Assembly: GCA_964187785.1 (NCBI GenBank)
Contig: OZ076409.1
Span: 80,602,001 to 80,666,000 of the forward strand
Direction: 5' to 3'
Length of the DNA: 64,000 bases
From: Amphiscolops sp. MND2022
Taxonomy: Eukaryota
Within the stretch, counting starts at the first letter, position 1. Every line of letters starts with the position of its first letter. A program made the translations under genes and the position numbers. This document shows positions 46,622-58,646 of the stretch, one piece after another. The notes beneath the pieces are model-generated. The model was not told where the DNA came from and searched no databases. It saw only the letters and a list, made by a program, of their open reading frames with translations.

Positions 46622-49600
46622 AGCCACGTCATCCCCAACACAACCAGACCACCAGTGCGCGCAAACAACCACAAACTAACCACCACTACGACTCGAAGAG
46701 TCAGACGTCGGAATGTCGGCAGCATTCTGACAACCGGACCCAACACTCGAGGAAATACTATGTACACAAGGTATCCCCCAACAACTACCACATACTCCCA
46801 TTAGTTGGCGATGACCCCACGTGTACAATTAAGGACTGTACTGCAAAGGACTCGACAACACACAAGACACCCACCCAAACGAAGGCGAGAACTCTGAGAC
46901 ACCCACCCCAGCCGAATTCGACTGACCACCCTGAACCAGCAACTGTCAGACCCCTCAGTGCAACACTACAGCTGGATAAACGAAACAAAATGCTCTATGT
47001 ACCTCTACAATTCAAAGCATATGAAAAGAAAGGACTGCTGGACACCGGAGCAATCCGAAGTGTAATGTCTGAAAACGAACTACGCCGGATACTGCAAGCC
47101 CACCCGGCCGCCCAACTTGAAGAATACACAGTCCCGGACTTCAAAGTCCAAATTGCCAATGGAAGTATCGTCTCAGTTCGGAAGCAAGTCCTCCTTCTAT
47201 TTTTTATTGGAGGAAAAGTGTTCGAAGAGACATTCATGATATTACCAACAATGGAAAATATATTGATCGGAATGTCCTTCTTCAAGAAATACTCTGTGAC
47301 CCTGGATCTCGCAAACAACATTGTCAGATTCCCAGAGATCACCCTTCAACTGAAACCACACAACAGGAAATTCAAAATACAAATGTTGGAGCTCAGGGCA
47401 TCACAGAAGACGACAATCTCACCCCGACAGTAAGTCTTTGTCCCAGTCATTGCCGAAAAAGACATTGGCAATGTAACACGCACAGTGGAAGCGTTCCCGG
47501 CATTCGAACGCAAGACGGAACTACTGGTGTCTTCATCGATGTCCGAAATAAACAAGCAGCAGAGCCATGTCCAAATCACCATTCATTTAGACCACGCAAT
47601 AACGATTCCACAACACACAACAGTCGCAGTCTTCCGCATCTTGACCCCAAACCAAGCGAAGAACGTCCAACCAATTACAAACGAACAACTAACCCGCGTT
47701 TCCAAATTTCCAGATGAAGCAGACAATGTGATCAATCAGTTGTTCCAGGAGCCCAGTGCAACCAAGGACAAGCGATGGTACCCAAACCCCGAAACATGCG
47801 ACGACCCCGACAAACTCAATAAAATCGAGCGCAGATTATATGATGAAATCATTCAATTCCGAGAAGCCGAGAAGCTTGATCCCACATGTGACGACGACCA
47901 ACGACAGACGTTCCTGAAGAACTTCAGCTGGGATGACTCAATCCTCACCGAGCAAGAGCAACAGAGGATCGAAGCACTACTGGTCAAATACCACATGATT
48001 TTTGCACAACACCGCCTCGACATAGGCATCAACACTGATTTCAAAATCAAGCTTACGCCCAAACACGACGACCCAGTGTACGCACAGAGCCTACCGACGC
48101 CGACCAACCTGAAGGATGATCTCCTGGTCGAATTGGCACTAATGCAAGAGTTTTGAATCATCATCACACTTCCGTACAGCAAATACTCTTCCCTGATATT
48201 TAGACAACGGATGCCGAATGGAAAACTTTGAATATTAGTCGACTTGAGACGCATCAACCACCTTCTCCAGAACGACTACAACCAGCACAATCACCCGGTC
48301 TCAACAATAGCAGATGCGGCTTAACACATGGCTGGCAAGAAGTACTTCTGCAAGCTTGATTGTTCACCAGCTTACCACTGCCTTCAGATAGCCGATGAAC
48401 AATCAATCCAACTTCTTGCATTTAACTTTGGCAGCAGAACCTTTGCATACTTTCGTCTTGCTCAAGGATTGAACATTTCACTGTCTGCATTCAACAGCAC
48501 AATCCGAGAGTACCTTGATCCACTAGTAAAAGCAGACAAATGTGCACAATACGTTCACGACATTGGAGTAGCTGCAAGCAACGTGGACGAATTGGTTGCC
48601 AACATCGAAGCAGTCTTCCAGCAGATACAGAAAGCAGGCTTGAAGCTCTCGATGTCAAAGTGCGCCTTCGGACATCCGAAGACCGAACTCCTGGGTCGAA
48701 GCATAACCACAAAAGGCATCACACCCCTTGAAGACCGCATTGACAACTTCCTCAAAAAACTGAAACTGCCAACATCAGTCAAATCACTCCAACGATACAT
48801 CGGATTTGCCAGTTCTACAGACAATATATTCCGAAATTGACTGAGAAGCTCGTCCCACTGTACAAACTTCTGCAAAAAGATGTCAAGTTTGTACTGACGC
48901 AGGTACACAAGGATGCGATTTTCGACATCAATGAAAATCTAGCACGAGCTGCGATACTGTCACTCAGATTGCTACTGCCTGACAAACAACTTGTCATCAT
49001 GTGTATGTGTGATGCCAGCGAACACGCGGCAGGGTACGTGCTGCTCATTGAAGACCACACCGAAAATAACGACGGCAAGAAGAAGACGTAAGCACCCGTT
49101 GCGTTTGGTTCCCAACGATTTAGTGAAGGCCAAATGTCACTGATTATGTATGCGAAAGACTTTTTAGCCATGCATTTCGCCTTCGACGAATTCGCCCACA
49201 TCCTGTGGGGAGTCAAGAAACCCACCACTGTGATGACAGACAACAAAGCGCTAACGCGTTTTTTCCAATCAAAGCGGATCCCATCAGAACTGTGGAATCA
49301 TTGCGACCAAGCCCTGCAATTCGACTTTGTGCTAGCCAACGTACCAGGAGTTGAAAACCCAGCTGCTGACTACCTGTCCAGGATCGACATTAACTCCGAA
49401 GACAGGATACACCTGAAACTGAATGACCAAATTCCTGTCCACTATATCGAGATCGACCTAGCTGCAAAAACTCCGAAGCAAGACGACGATGAAGAAGACT
49501 ACGACCTCAAGCAACCGCAACACCCTACAACACCTGACCCCCTGGAGCAGAACCAACTTGACGCACTCAACACCCAAGATGCCTTCAATCAAATGCAATC

Positions 49601-51560
49601 CCTACTGCATTCCCTCGCGAACACCCAACAACAGCATGACGACGACCGTACCAGGATGATCCAGATCATCAGTCGTCACCTCGAGCCAGTCCTAGCACGC
49701 GAAGCTCCCTCCATCATGCTGACGAAACATACCAGAAGACCGCACCCCAACACGGTAAACCAGGTATGCCCGCAAGGGGATTCACAAATAGTCCAGGAAC
49801 AACTGAGTAACCAAGACGTCCAAAAAATGGTTCGGGTCTTAGTTAACAACGAACCTCTTTCTAACCACGTAATCTTTGCTAGTTCCTTTTTCCAAAAACT
49901 CGTAAAAAAACGTCTTGAAATAGTCAACAAGGTGACGTACAGGAAATTTTTTGATAACACTGGTAGAGTTTTTTTTAAACAAATTGTAGTACCTCCAGAA
50001 ACTACGTTGCCCATAATCAGGACGATGCATGGCGACCCCATGCAGGGGGACCCTGGGGCAACCAAAATGTTGGTAGAATTCCGCGAGCGTTATTACATAC
50101 CTAACCTCAGTGAACACGTTTCAAAATTTGTCAGTAACTGTACGGACTGCCTCAAAGCTAAACCCGCTAACCCAAAACACCTTACTCCACCTCTTGAAAA
50201 AGTCTATGACCACTGCAACGGTCCTGAAGACATACTCGAGATTGATCTGGTAGGCGAACTGCCCTGCTCAAATCGATATACGCACATCCTGACGGCGTGC
50301 GATTACTTCTCGCGCTATCTGATCGCTATCCCGATTCGCAAACCAGATACTAAATCCGTAGTGACTGCTCTGATGCAAATCTTTACCCGTCATGCCTACA
50401 TCTCAAAAACCATAGTATCTGATAAAGGCTCAGTCTTCACCTCCAGCATCATGACCGAACTAATGAGCGCTGCCGGAATCCACATCGAACACGCAACTGT
50501 AAAGCATGCACAGACCATAGGGATGGTTAAACGTTCCCATCAAAGGCTAAAGCAGATACTGAAAATCAACGTCGCCGCTGACTCTCCCCAATGGGACAAG
50601 TATGTTAACCTAGCAATAATGGCTCACAACACGACCTACCATCAATCACTTAAATGTACTCCGAGCGAAGTGTTCCACGGTAGATTCCCGTTTAACGCCT
50701 TAGACCTTAAGTTCAGTAACCCCCTGCAATGCCGAACACAAGAAACCGACTTAACGAATTTGATTGACCAAGTGAACGAGAAGTACAAACAAGTAAACGA
50801 TAACATACTCCAAGCTTACCACAAGTACAGAAGGTAATACGACCGTAAAGCTCAGGCATCACCTCTAAAAGTTAACGACTTCGTGTTCATTCTCAACCCG
50901 AAAATCACTAATCAGTCCGACAAAATTGCATTCAGTCATTTTAAATGGGAAGGCCTTTTCAAAGTAGTAAAGGTCCTAACTAACTTCAACTACATAGTTA
51001 GAAAAGTCGGTACTTCCCGCACACAGTGCGTTCACAGGATGTGTTTACGCCCTTTCATCCCAAACGCACCTATACACGACATCGAAGAAGATCCAAATCT
51101 CTTCTTTGCCGACCCTGAAGCGTTCGACGACCAGGATCTGTTCAACGATCATATACCCCAAACGATCCACTTTGAACGAACGCTCGCGCTGCCGCCTCCT
51201 GAAGAACTCGATACTGAACATGGTATCATATACTACGAACATGCTCAAAGGTCAAAGGACCGACAACTGGCACAACCTATCCCTGAGAACTCTCCTCAAA
51301 CATTCGCGCCACCAACCGACAAATCCGTTGTCAGTGCTCATCTAGACGACGAATATCGGGCCGAACCCGATCCAACTGCAACTTACCAAAATGAGCTGCC
51401 ACACACCAACGACGAAGCACCGGTAACGTCACGCAATAACACTACCCGTTACAATCTACGGGCTCAACCTGCACCGAAGACTTACCGAGACTTCCTTGTC
51501 CATGAACTCCAAGTAAAACCTGTATTACAAAAATTTCTGCAAAACAATGAAACCAACTAA
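46609..51560 (+). pseudogene. pol: pol (protease, RT, RNase H, integrase) with multiple stops and frameshifts
   Basis: LLDTGA protease; KLDCSPAYH, RLAQGL and YVHD (degenerate YVDD) in RT; CDAS, TDNKAL and NPAADYLSR in RNase H; CTDC, EIDLVG, SDKG and MVKRS (E to K) in integrase. In-frame stops at 47431, 48154, 49089 and 50835. Confidence 0.92.
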
Positions 51561-53419
51561 AAGTCACGAAACACTCCAGGTAAATGTCTGACATTTACAG
51601 TGAAGAAAAATTTGTACCAAACACAACTCACACAACAAAAAACGATTTTCCACTCTAGCTTATTCAAAACCGTATCTATCAATAACGACTGCCAACAACA
51701 GTCATGAACAATATCTATTTAGACCGCGAAAGTAAATGTTCTACAATTACACCACACCATTCCAGTCATCATCTAGTAATACCAACACTTCCAAAGTAGA
51801 ATTCCAGAACAAACAAATTAAAGCGATTAAACGACCATTACTTTCAGTCGACAGCATTTGAGCCGCGTAATCCCTGGACGCTAACTGCCACTAAGAGTGA
51901 ACGGAAGGAAACGCAACGACCGCAGACACCAATCGTCATGAAAAGCACGATGCGGAAATACATGTACCATGCAAATTAATGAGAGATAATTTATTCAATT
52001 CACGCCAAAATTACCATAGCCACAGTAGAAGTAAAATACTTCGAATGAAAAACTATCACAGCAAATCTAGCAAAACGTGAACGAGAATAACGTTCCCAAA
52101 TCGCGTAACGAACTAACAGGGTCGATCTGCTGCCTCGGAAACGTTATGACAACACAACCAAGCCCCACCCATTTAACCCTACAATCATAGTGCTGGCTGT
52201 GTGGGTGCATCGTTAAAAAGCGCGCTTGTGTGGTTGGTCGTCACCATACAGATGAAGGTTGCTCTTTAGCAACTGGATTCAGTGTTAGTTTTGTATGGGT
52301 GGTTGCGACGGCAATTCACCTTCCCAATAAACCGAACATCAAATTAAAAACCAACCATTGAAGCATATGACAACCAAGGTAAGTAAACATACTTACCAAA
52401 CCAAGTAAAACACGAACGCCCGACCCCTTAACTTAGACCAACAATGCGTAGGCTTTGCCTCGCGTTGGTAAAAAAAATTTAAGGAGTTCGCGGCCTTACT
52501 CTCAACTCAGCCTTCCAACGCACGCACGCCTCAGGACCCTAGTCCACCTTCCGTTCGCCATAGCATTTACCATAACATAATATTTCCAAAAGTTCATGAC
52601 CTTAACGACACACATTACGAATGATGACGTCACAAGACACACATCAACGATGATGACGTCGCTTTAGATAAATGATCTCATGTAATACACCAAGAACAAT
52701 AAAAACATGCAATTTGATTCCTAAGGTAAACTACATGAAACTTGAAAGACACGCCATATAAGTCACTTCTTAGACCAAAGATACATTCCTTGGGCATCCA
52801 GTCATTGAAATGAGCGAGCTGCTCAATCACTCACTCTGCAATGCAGTGGTAACAACGACCAAAATGAAACATGTAAAGTAAAAATACATGAAACAACGTA
52901 CTACATGTAAAATCCTAGGCTAAAACAAAAAGAAAAAAAGCGGAATCAAAATTGTATTTTTCCGGACACACTTCAGTACTATAGAGTCATCAAGATGACC
53001 AACAGTAACACATACAAGACGTAACAAGTTCTGGTAACTAAAATCTATGCAAAAAAATGTCCAAACTCCAGATCAATAATACAATCCATGCAAGCAAAAA
53101 ATGTAATAAACAAAAACCGAATGTTCCCGTGTTGGGACTAAAAATGAGCGCCAGCTAGCAGTAAACATGAAAACACTAAAAATCAGCAACACAAAACAAA
53201 AAATGATGAAAAGACCTAGTCAACACCAAAATCAATGCAATATCAATCAGTATCACCAAGACTACAAAAAAGGGGGGACTAACAAATGGCAAACAATTCA
53301 GTTTTAATGAGTCTTTGCATCAATGTCAAAACTGCTAATACTCCTCCGAGGATTCACTCCTCAACACTTTGGTCAATTTTCGCTTCACAGCCTTCTTTGC
53401 CGTCTTTGTCGAACTAGGC

Positions 53420-56354
53420 TTAACGTCCACAGGTTTTTTTTCCTTTGCCACCACGAGAACTGGAAGGTAAACTGACATCCCTCCGGGATCGAGGACCTTT
53501 TTGACGCGCAACATGTCGAATTAAGGGCTCATCATCATCAACAGAGAAGGTAATAGCAGAACCACGTGACATAACATTTCGGGACCGGCCTCGTATATGT
53601 GCGTATGCATCGTCGTCACTAATCCTCAACTGCGCGCACACCGCTGACCTGTAGTCGTCGATCGAGATTCCTGCTGACTCCACAGTTCCCTCGTTGAATA
53701 CAGGATAACTACGAGACAACACGTCCTCAATGCCCACTTTCAACAATTGATCCCAGGGCAGTCCCCTCTCCGGATCCATAAATCGCGACACCTGCATATC
53801 TGTAGTGTCGCACTGATGAAGAAACCCAGTCATCAACTTTTTTGTGCCACCGACTACGCCCGCACTTGTCCAACTTCCCAATAGATTCATGCTCGACAGT
53901 AATTGTCCTTGGCTTAAATCGGTCACTCCGACATCCAAAAAATCGGCCACATACTGACTTCGAGCAGAACAACAAATGACGATCTTGAAAACTTCTAACA
54001 AATCAGCACAGCGCGACCAGAAAGGGTAAGAACGCCATAAGTTAATGACATCGTCCACAACAGGTCCGGTAAACGACTGACTGCGCCAGCGATGCATAAA
54101 ATAATTGTACACTTCGTCGTACTTCTGGACAACTTTAGCACACTCTACATCAGTAGGGAAATTCAGACGAGTCAACAACAGGCAACAGTCCATCAGGGAA
54201 TCCACAACCCGATCTTTCGATCACCTAAACATGGCTTCGGGAGCAAACGCAGACAGGTTGAGCCTTCTTTCATAGTCGGAATGATAGTCAGTCACACGAT
54301 CTTCACACAACTTAGCCATAAATAGCTGAAACTCGCGATAGAAGACGCGCTGCTGGTCGAGGATATCAAATCGGAAGTATTGTACAAACAAAGATTTGTA
54401 ACGCTCCTGAGGAACAACACCGAGATCGATAGGCTTTGTACTGAGTAGGCGCTCGTGATCAAAAGCCGCGGGGACCTTGTCAGCATCTTGGACCATGCAT
54501 CTTAGTCGTCGTAAGAAAGCAACAAACTCGACTTCGAAGCATAGGTCACGGTGACGAGTGTTAGTACATCCTCGAGGAAAGGACGCCACGACTAAAACAA
54601 AACAATCCAACAATCATATTTATAGCCTAAACGAAATCAGTTTCCCACCCTGAACCGAACAAAAAAAAAGAGAAATACTACAACCAATTTTCTTGATCAA
54701 TTAAAAATTTTTTTCTCTTTCGCCCAGACAACCACAAAAAATCTCAACCAAACGTTCATATTCGCCTTCGTCCAATAAACATCTTAGCATGGCCATCTGT
54801 GGTCGAGCTAAACGATCATTGAAAATGACGACATTCAAACTAGGGACTGATCTCAGCTCCACCATGGAACCAATGCCCTTACTGTTACCGAAGTAAACAG
54901 CGAGATCATCCCATCGTTCGACAAGCTCTCCACACACAGCAGCCAATTGAAGTATAGTCAAGTCGTCACTGCGCACGTAATGCAAACAGAAAGTAGTATC
55001 CACATTTTAATCCAAGAGGCATAAAGTTGGAAACGACCGAACACCCTAGTCCTGATATTATAATCATAGGTTGCGTCTTAACACAAACCAAGCGAAGTCC
55101 ATACAAGATAGACATTACACACACACAACACCTTAAGTCACAATAAAGTACCTGTGGTAACAAAGGCATTCTGTCGAAATCCGAACTGTTGACCACACTT
55201 GACCGGCGATACTTGAGGAACTCGAGAACATTGTAAGGATCCAGTCCACCAATACGTTGACGGAACTGCTGTCGGATGCTCCAATGTAACTACTGAACGT
55301 CATAGAAGCGCATCAGCACTGACTTGCCAGCAGGTCCAAAATGGGCCAATGATCGACCGACAGCGACGTGAGTGTTCACCACAACACTACATAGACTGGG
55401 TAACGGATCCAAACAAGACAACAGCGTGATAGCTAGACGAATCACTTCCTCCTTCCAACGGTCCCAAACAGGCAAGGTTACCAGTGTCACTGTCCTCAAC
55501 TCAACGTCGTCCACAAAATGACAGTCGACCCGCCAGAAATTACCGTCGAAGTACACTCGTAGCCCCACTCGATTTCCAGACTGCACGAGGCCACTAATTT
55601 TCTCCATGACGTACGGGTACCCCCGTACAATAACAAACTTTAAACAAAACAAAACAATATGGATCTTCCAAAATCCAAAAATTCACCACACCATGTAACA
55701 TCTAAATCCTAGTACATGTAACACATAAACGACATATAATACCCCCCAGTAAACACCCTCACATGTAAAACATACACAAAATGCTATGGTATCCGACACT
55801 TTGCAACGGTGAGGCTTCGGGCCACAAAGTTCAACTCTCCTCTCAAGCTGCTAGCCCACCCGTCCATTAGGCGCATCAGCGATTCAAATCCAGCAACTGA
55901 CGCAAAACAGTTTAAGAAAAAGCACAACCACAGATATGAGGCACTCTCCTCAGACAAAACTGGACGTGAGTTCTCTTCTTCCGCCTCACGCTCCAAAGCC
56001 ACACGCTCCTCTAGAGATAGGCTGATCGGCGACTCTAGGTAAACAGGTGGTTCGACCATGCGCTCAAGCCGTACCCTTTTGTCTTCCTCAGCCGACACGA
56101 CTTATCCAACAATAGACGCTGAGTCATTATGCGGAACTTTTGTTTTGGCGGGTATGTTCCGCATCCTTCCAATGCCCCCATAGATTCTGCAGGCTACGAC
56201 CCGCAATGCTCAGGTCCACGCAACAGATGAGGCAACGCGCGAAACCATCTAGTACACGCTTGTGCCGCGGAAATCCAACGAATAAGCCAACAACATTCGA
56301 CAGAAAGTACGATGGCTTCAGAGTGTTGAGCCTCTTCTTCCTCACCAAAACCAC
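53420..56354 (-). pseudogene. Antisense cargo gene of the gypsy element: C2H2/BED-like zinc finger plus divergent hAT-transposase-like protein, disrupted
   Basis: Consecutive minus-strand ORFs. 55290-55652 and 54966-55196 share a frame across one TAG; 54221-54613 and 53420-54205 share a frame across one TGA. Motif order by eye: RCLICCVDLSI...LWGHWKDAEH, VYFDG, GLDPYN, VERWDDLAVYF, PIDLG, NLSAFAP, LWRSYPFW...LLEVFKIVI. Confidence 0.5.
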
Positions 56355-56494
56355 ACATCAAACCTCAAAACAAAAACAAGATTTTTTCTTTTTCCTCTAT
56401 CTTCTCTTACGCTTGATAAACGTGATCCCCTAAACTATTCCCTATACTACCTTCCAAAACGATACGAGAGAAAAAATAGATGTAATGCTTTCCT

Positions 56495-57754
56495 TTAACC
56501 CCCAAAGTTAGTATAACATTGCATGTGATCTTGAGAGTCTTTACCAGGTCTTGGAGTTGGGGACGTCCCGACAACAGGCTCAACCGCCGTCACTGATCCA
56601 GGACCACCGAACACAGTAGGCACATATGAACCAGTTCCAGAGCCACTGCACCCCAGGTTCGTACCACGGCTGCCCACTTCCACAGACGGCAACTCGATTG
56701 AAGGAGTAAACCCACGAGGCGTCACATCCACCCGCTGCTTCTCAAGGACCTCTTGTAAAGCAGCCTTGAAGGTGTGCCAGAACTCGTCGACACGAAGCGC
56801 TCCAACAGTCGCAAGTTCTCCCAAAGCATACTCTAGAATTGCTTTAGTCAACTCGTTTACACACTTCTCCAGTCGGGCCTCTACTCGCCCAAGAAGATCT
56901 TCTAAGGACAGAACAGCACAGTCTTCTGCACCTAGAAAAAACCCAATATCCTAGATTATTGCCAAATTGATTAGTTCCCTTACCAACTGACGCTACCCCT
57001 TGACAACGACAAACGAAGAAATACCAAGATCGTTCATAATACTTGAGACTACAGACGCGGTAAACCAAAGGTTCTAATGCAATAGATTGAGAACCCGATT
57101 GAGAATCCATCAACTGGTGCAGTCGATCACCTAGATCGTCCGGAGGAGAAACACCCGTCTGATGACCTCTCTGCGGGAAAGCACGGACATACTCAAGTAA
57201 CGTCGTAACATCTACGTCACCTCTGAGCCAAGCAAAAAAGGAAATCACTCTCTCATCAAGACACAATCCAGAATGCATTAGTGCTCAAATGAGCTAAAAT
57301 TGGGTAATTCACCGAACTGAAGATTAAATACTCCTACTGCAAAAACCAAAGAAGATATTGAAAAAGACTCGAGCAATGAACACCGAGACAAGACACAGTA
57401 CTCGCAACGAAAATGATACAGTCACTGACTTGTCACGGAGGAAAGGATTAACGAAGTGTACTTACGGAATTCATCAGGTAGAGCTAGCTCTAGCAATTCT
57501 TTCATATGTCCAAGGAAAGACGACGTAACCCGCCCAGCGAAGTGACAGCATGGCGAACCCAAATGTTCAGCTTCTGCGGCTAACGCTTCTTCTGACAACT
57601 GTTCATTACAAGAAGCCATATCTTCTAGTTCCTGATAGCTCTGTTCAGCAATCGACACTAATGACCACAAATCAGCATCAGAAGACACACCGCCCAGCTC
57701 GGACATACGACGGTAGGGATAGACGAAGTAAAAGGAAAAATGACGACTCAACAT
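56495..57754 (-). pseudogene. Further antisense ORF segments of unknown function inside the gypsy element
   Basis: Three adjacent minus-strand ORFs (57422-57754, 56844-57278, 56495-56851) with protein-like composition, separated by a frameshift and an intron-like gap. Confidence 0.45.
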
Positions 57755-58646
57755 TTCAGCGCTGGTGAAACCGAATATGTGGCGTGATCAACTACATCTT
57801 TCTTGAATTACCAGCTTCACTCCGTAATCAAAAGTTACCACCATGGGTGGTACTGAAAGAAAAAAGCACTCCACTGAGAATTATCAACAGAGTATATTTA
57901 CCTCTGGACACAGCAGTCGTTTTTTATCCTACTTATGTCCCTACCTATCAATCAAAAGCCTTCACTTTCAGACCAGAGCATATTTGATCCCAAACCTCAA
58001 AGACACAAAGTGATGAGAAGATACAAGAAGATAAAGGGAACAATCAATGAACAATACTCACGAAATTAACGAGGAATAACAATAGCGAACACGATAATAA
58101 CAAAGTTTGAACAACAATGATGCTAATGACAATTACGCACGAATATACCACCTACCGCAGTTATGCATTGTTTACACAAGCACGAGTAGCGGAAACGGAA
58201 AACGGAATGGACGATTCACTGCATCAAACGTGATTATACTACCGAGCACGAGCCGACTGCCGCGGCCGTTGTCCTCTGACTATTAACTTAACACGACTAC
58301 TCTCCCTCATCAGCGCACGACCGGATGACGTGGCATACCGATTTCCACTCAGCACTTATTACTTCCACATCCCGACACTAAGATGCAAATGACGTCACAG
58401 TTCAGCTCTGCTTCTGCCTACCCGACAGTAAACCGATAACGGTTTCCGACTCACGGCGACTAGTACTACCAGTCGTCATCCAATTGAAGACATCCACCAC
58501 ACGAGTGACAGGTGCCTACACCCGTGGGCCGTAATCTACCCAGCGAAAAAGGCAGGCAGCCCCTTTAGTCGCCACCTACAAAAACTGGCCACACCCGCAT
58601 TGCCTCCAATTCCCCGCCCACTTTCACTTTTTTCAAAGAGGCGGAG

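Noticed and set aside
51560..58640. env gene in the extra region of the gypsy element
   Set aside because: No long sense-strand ORF, signal peptide, furin site or transmembrane anchor was seen; the coding signal is antisense.
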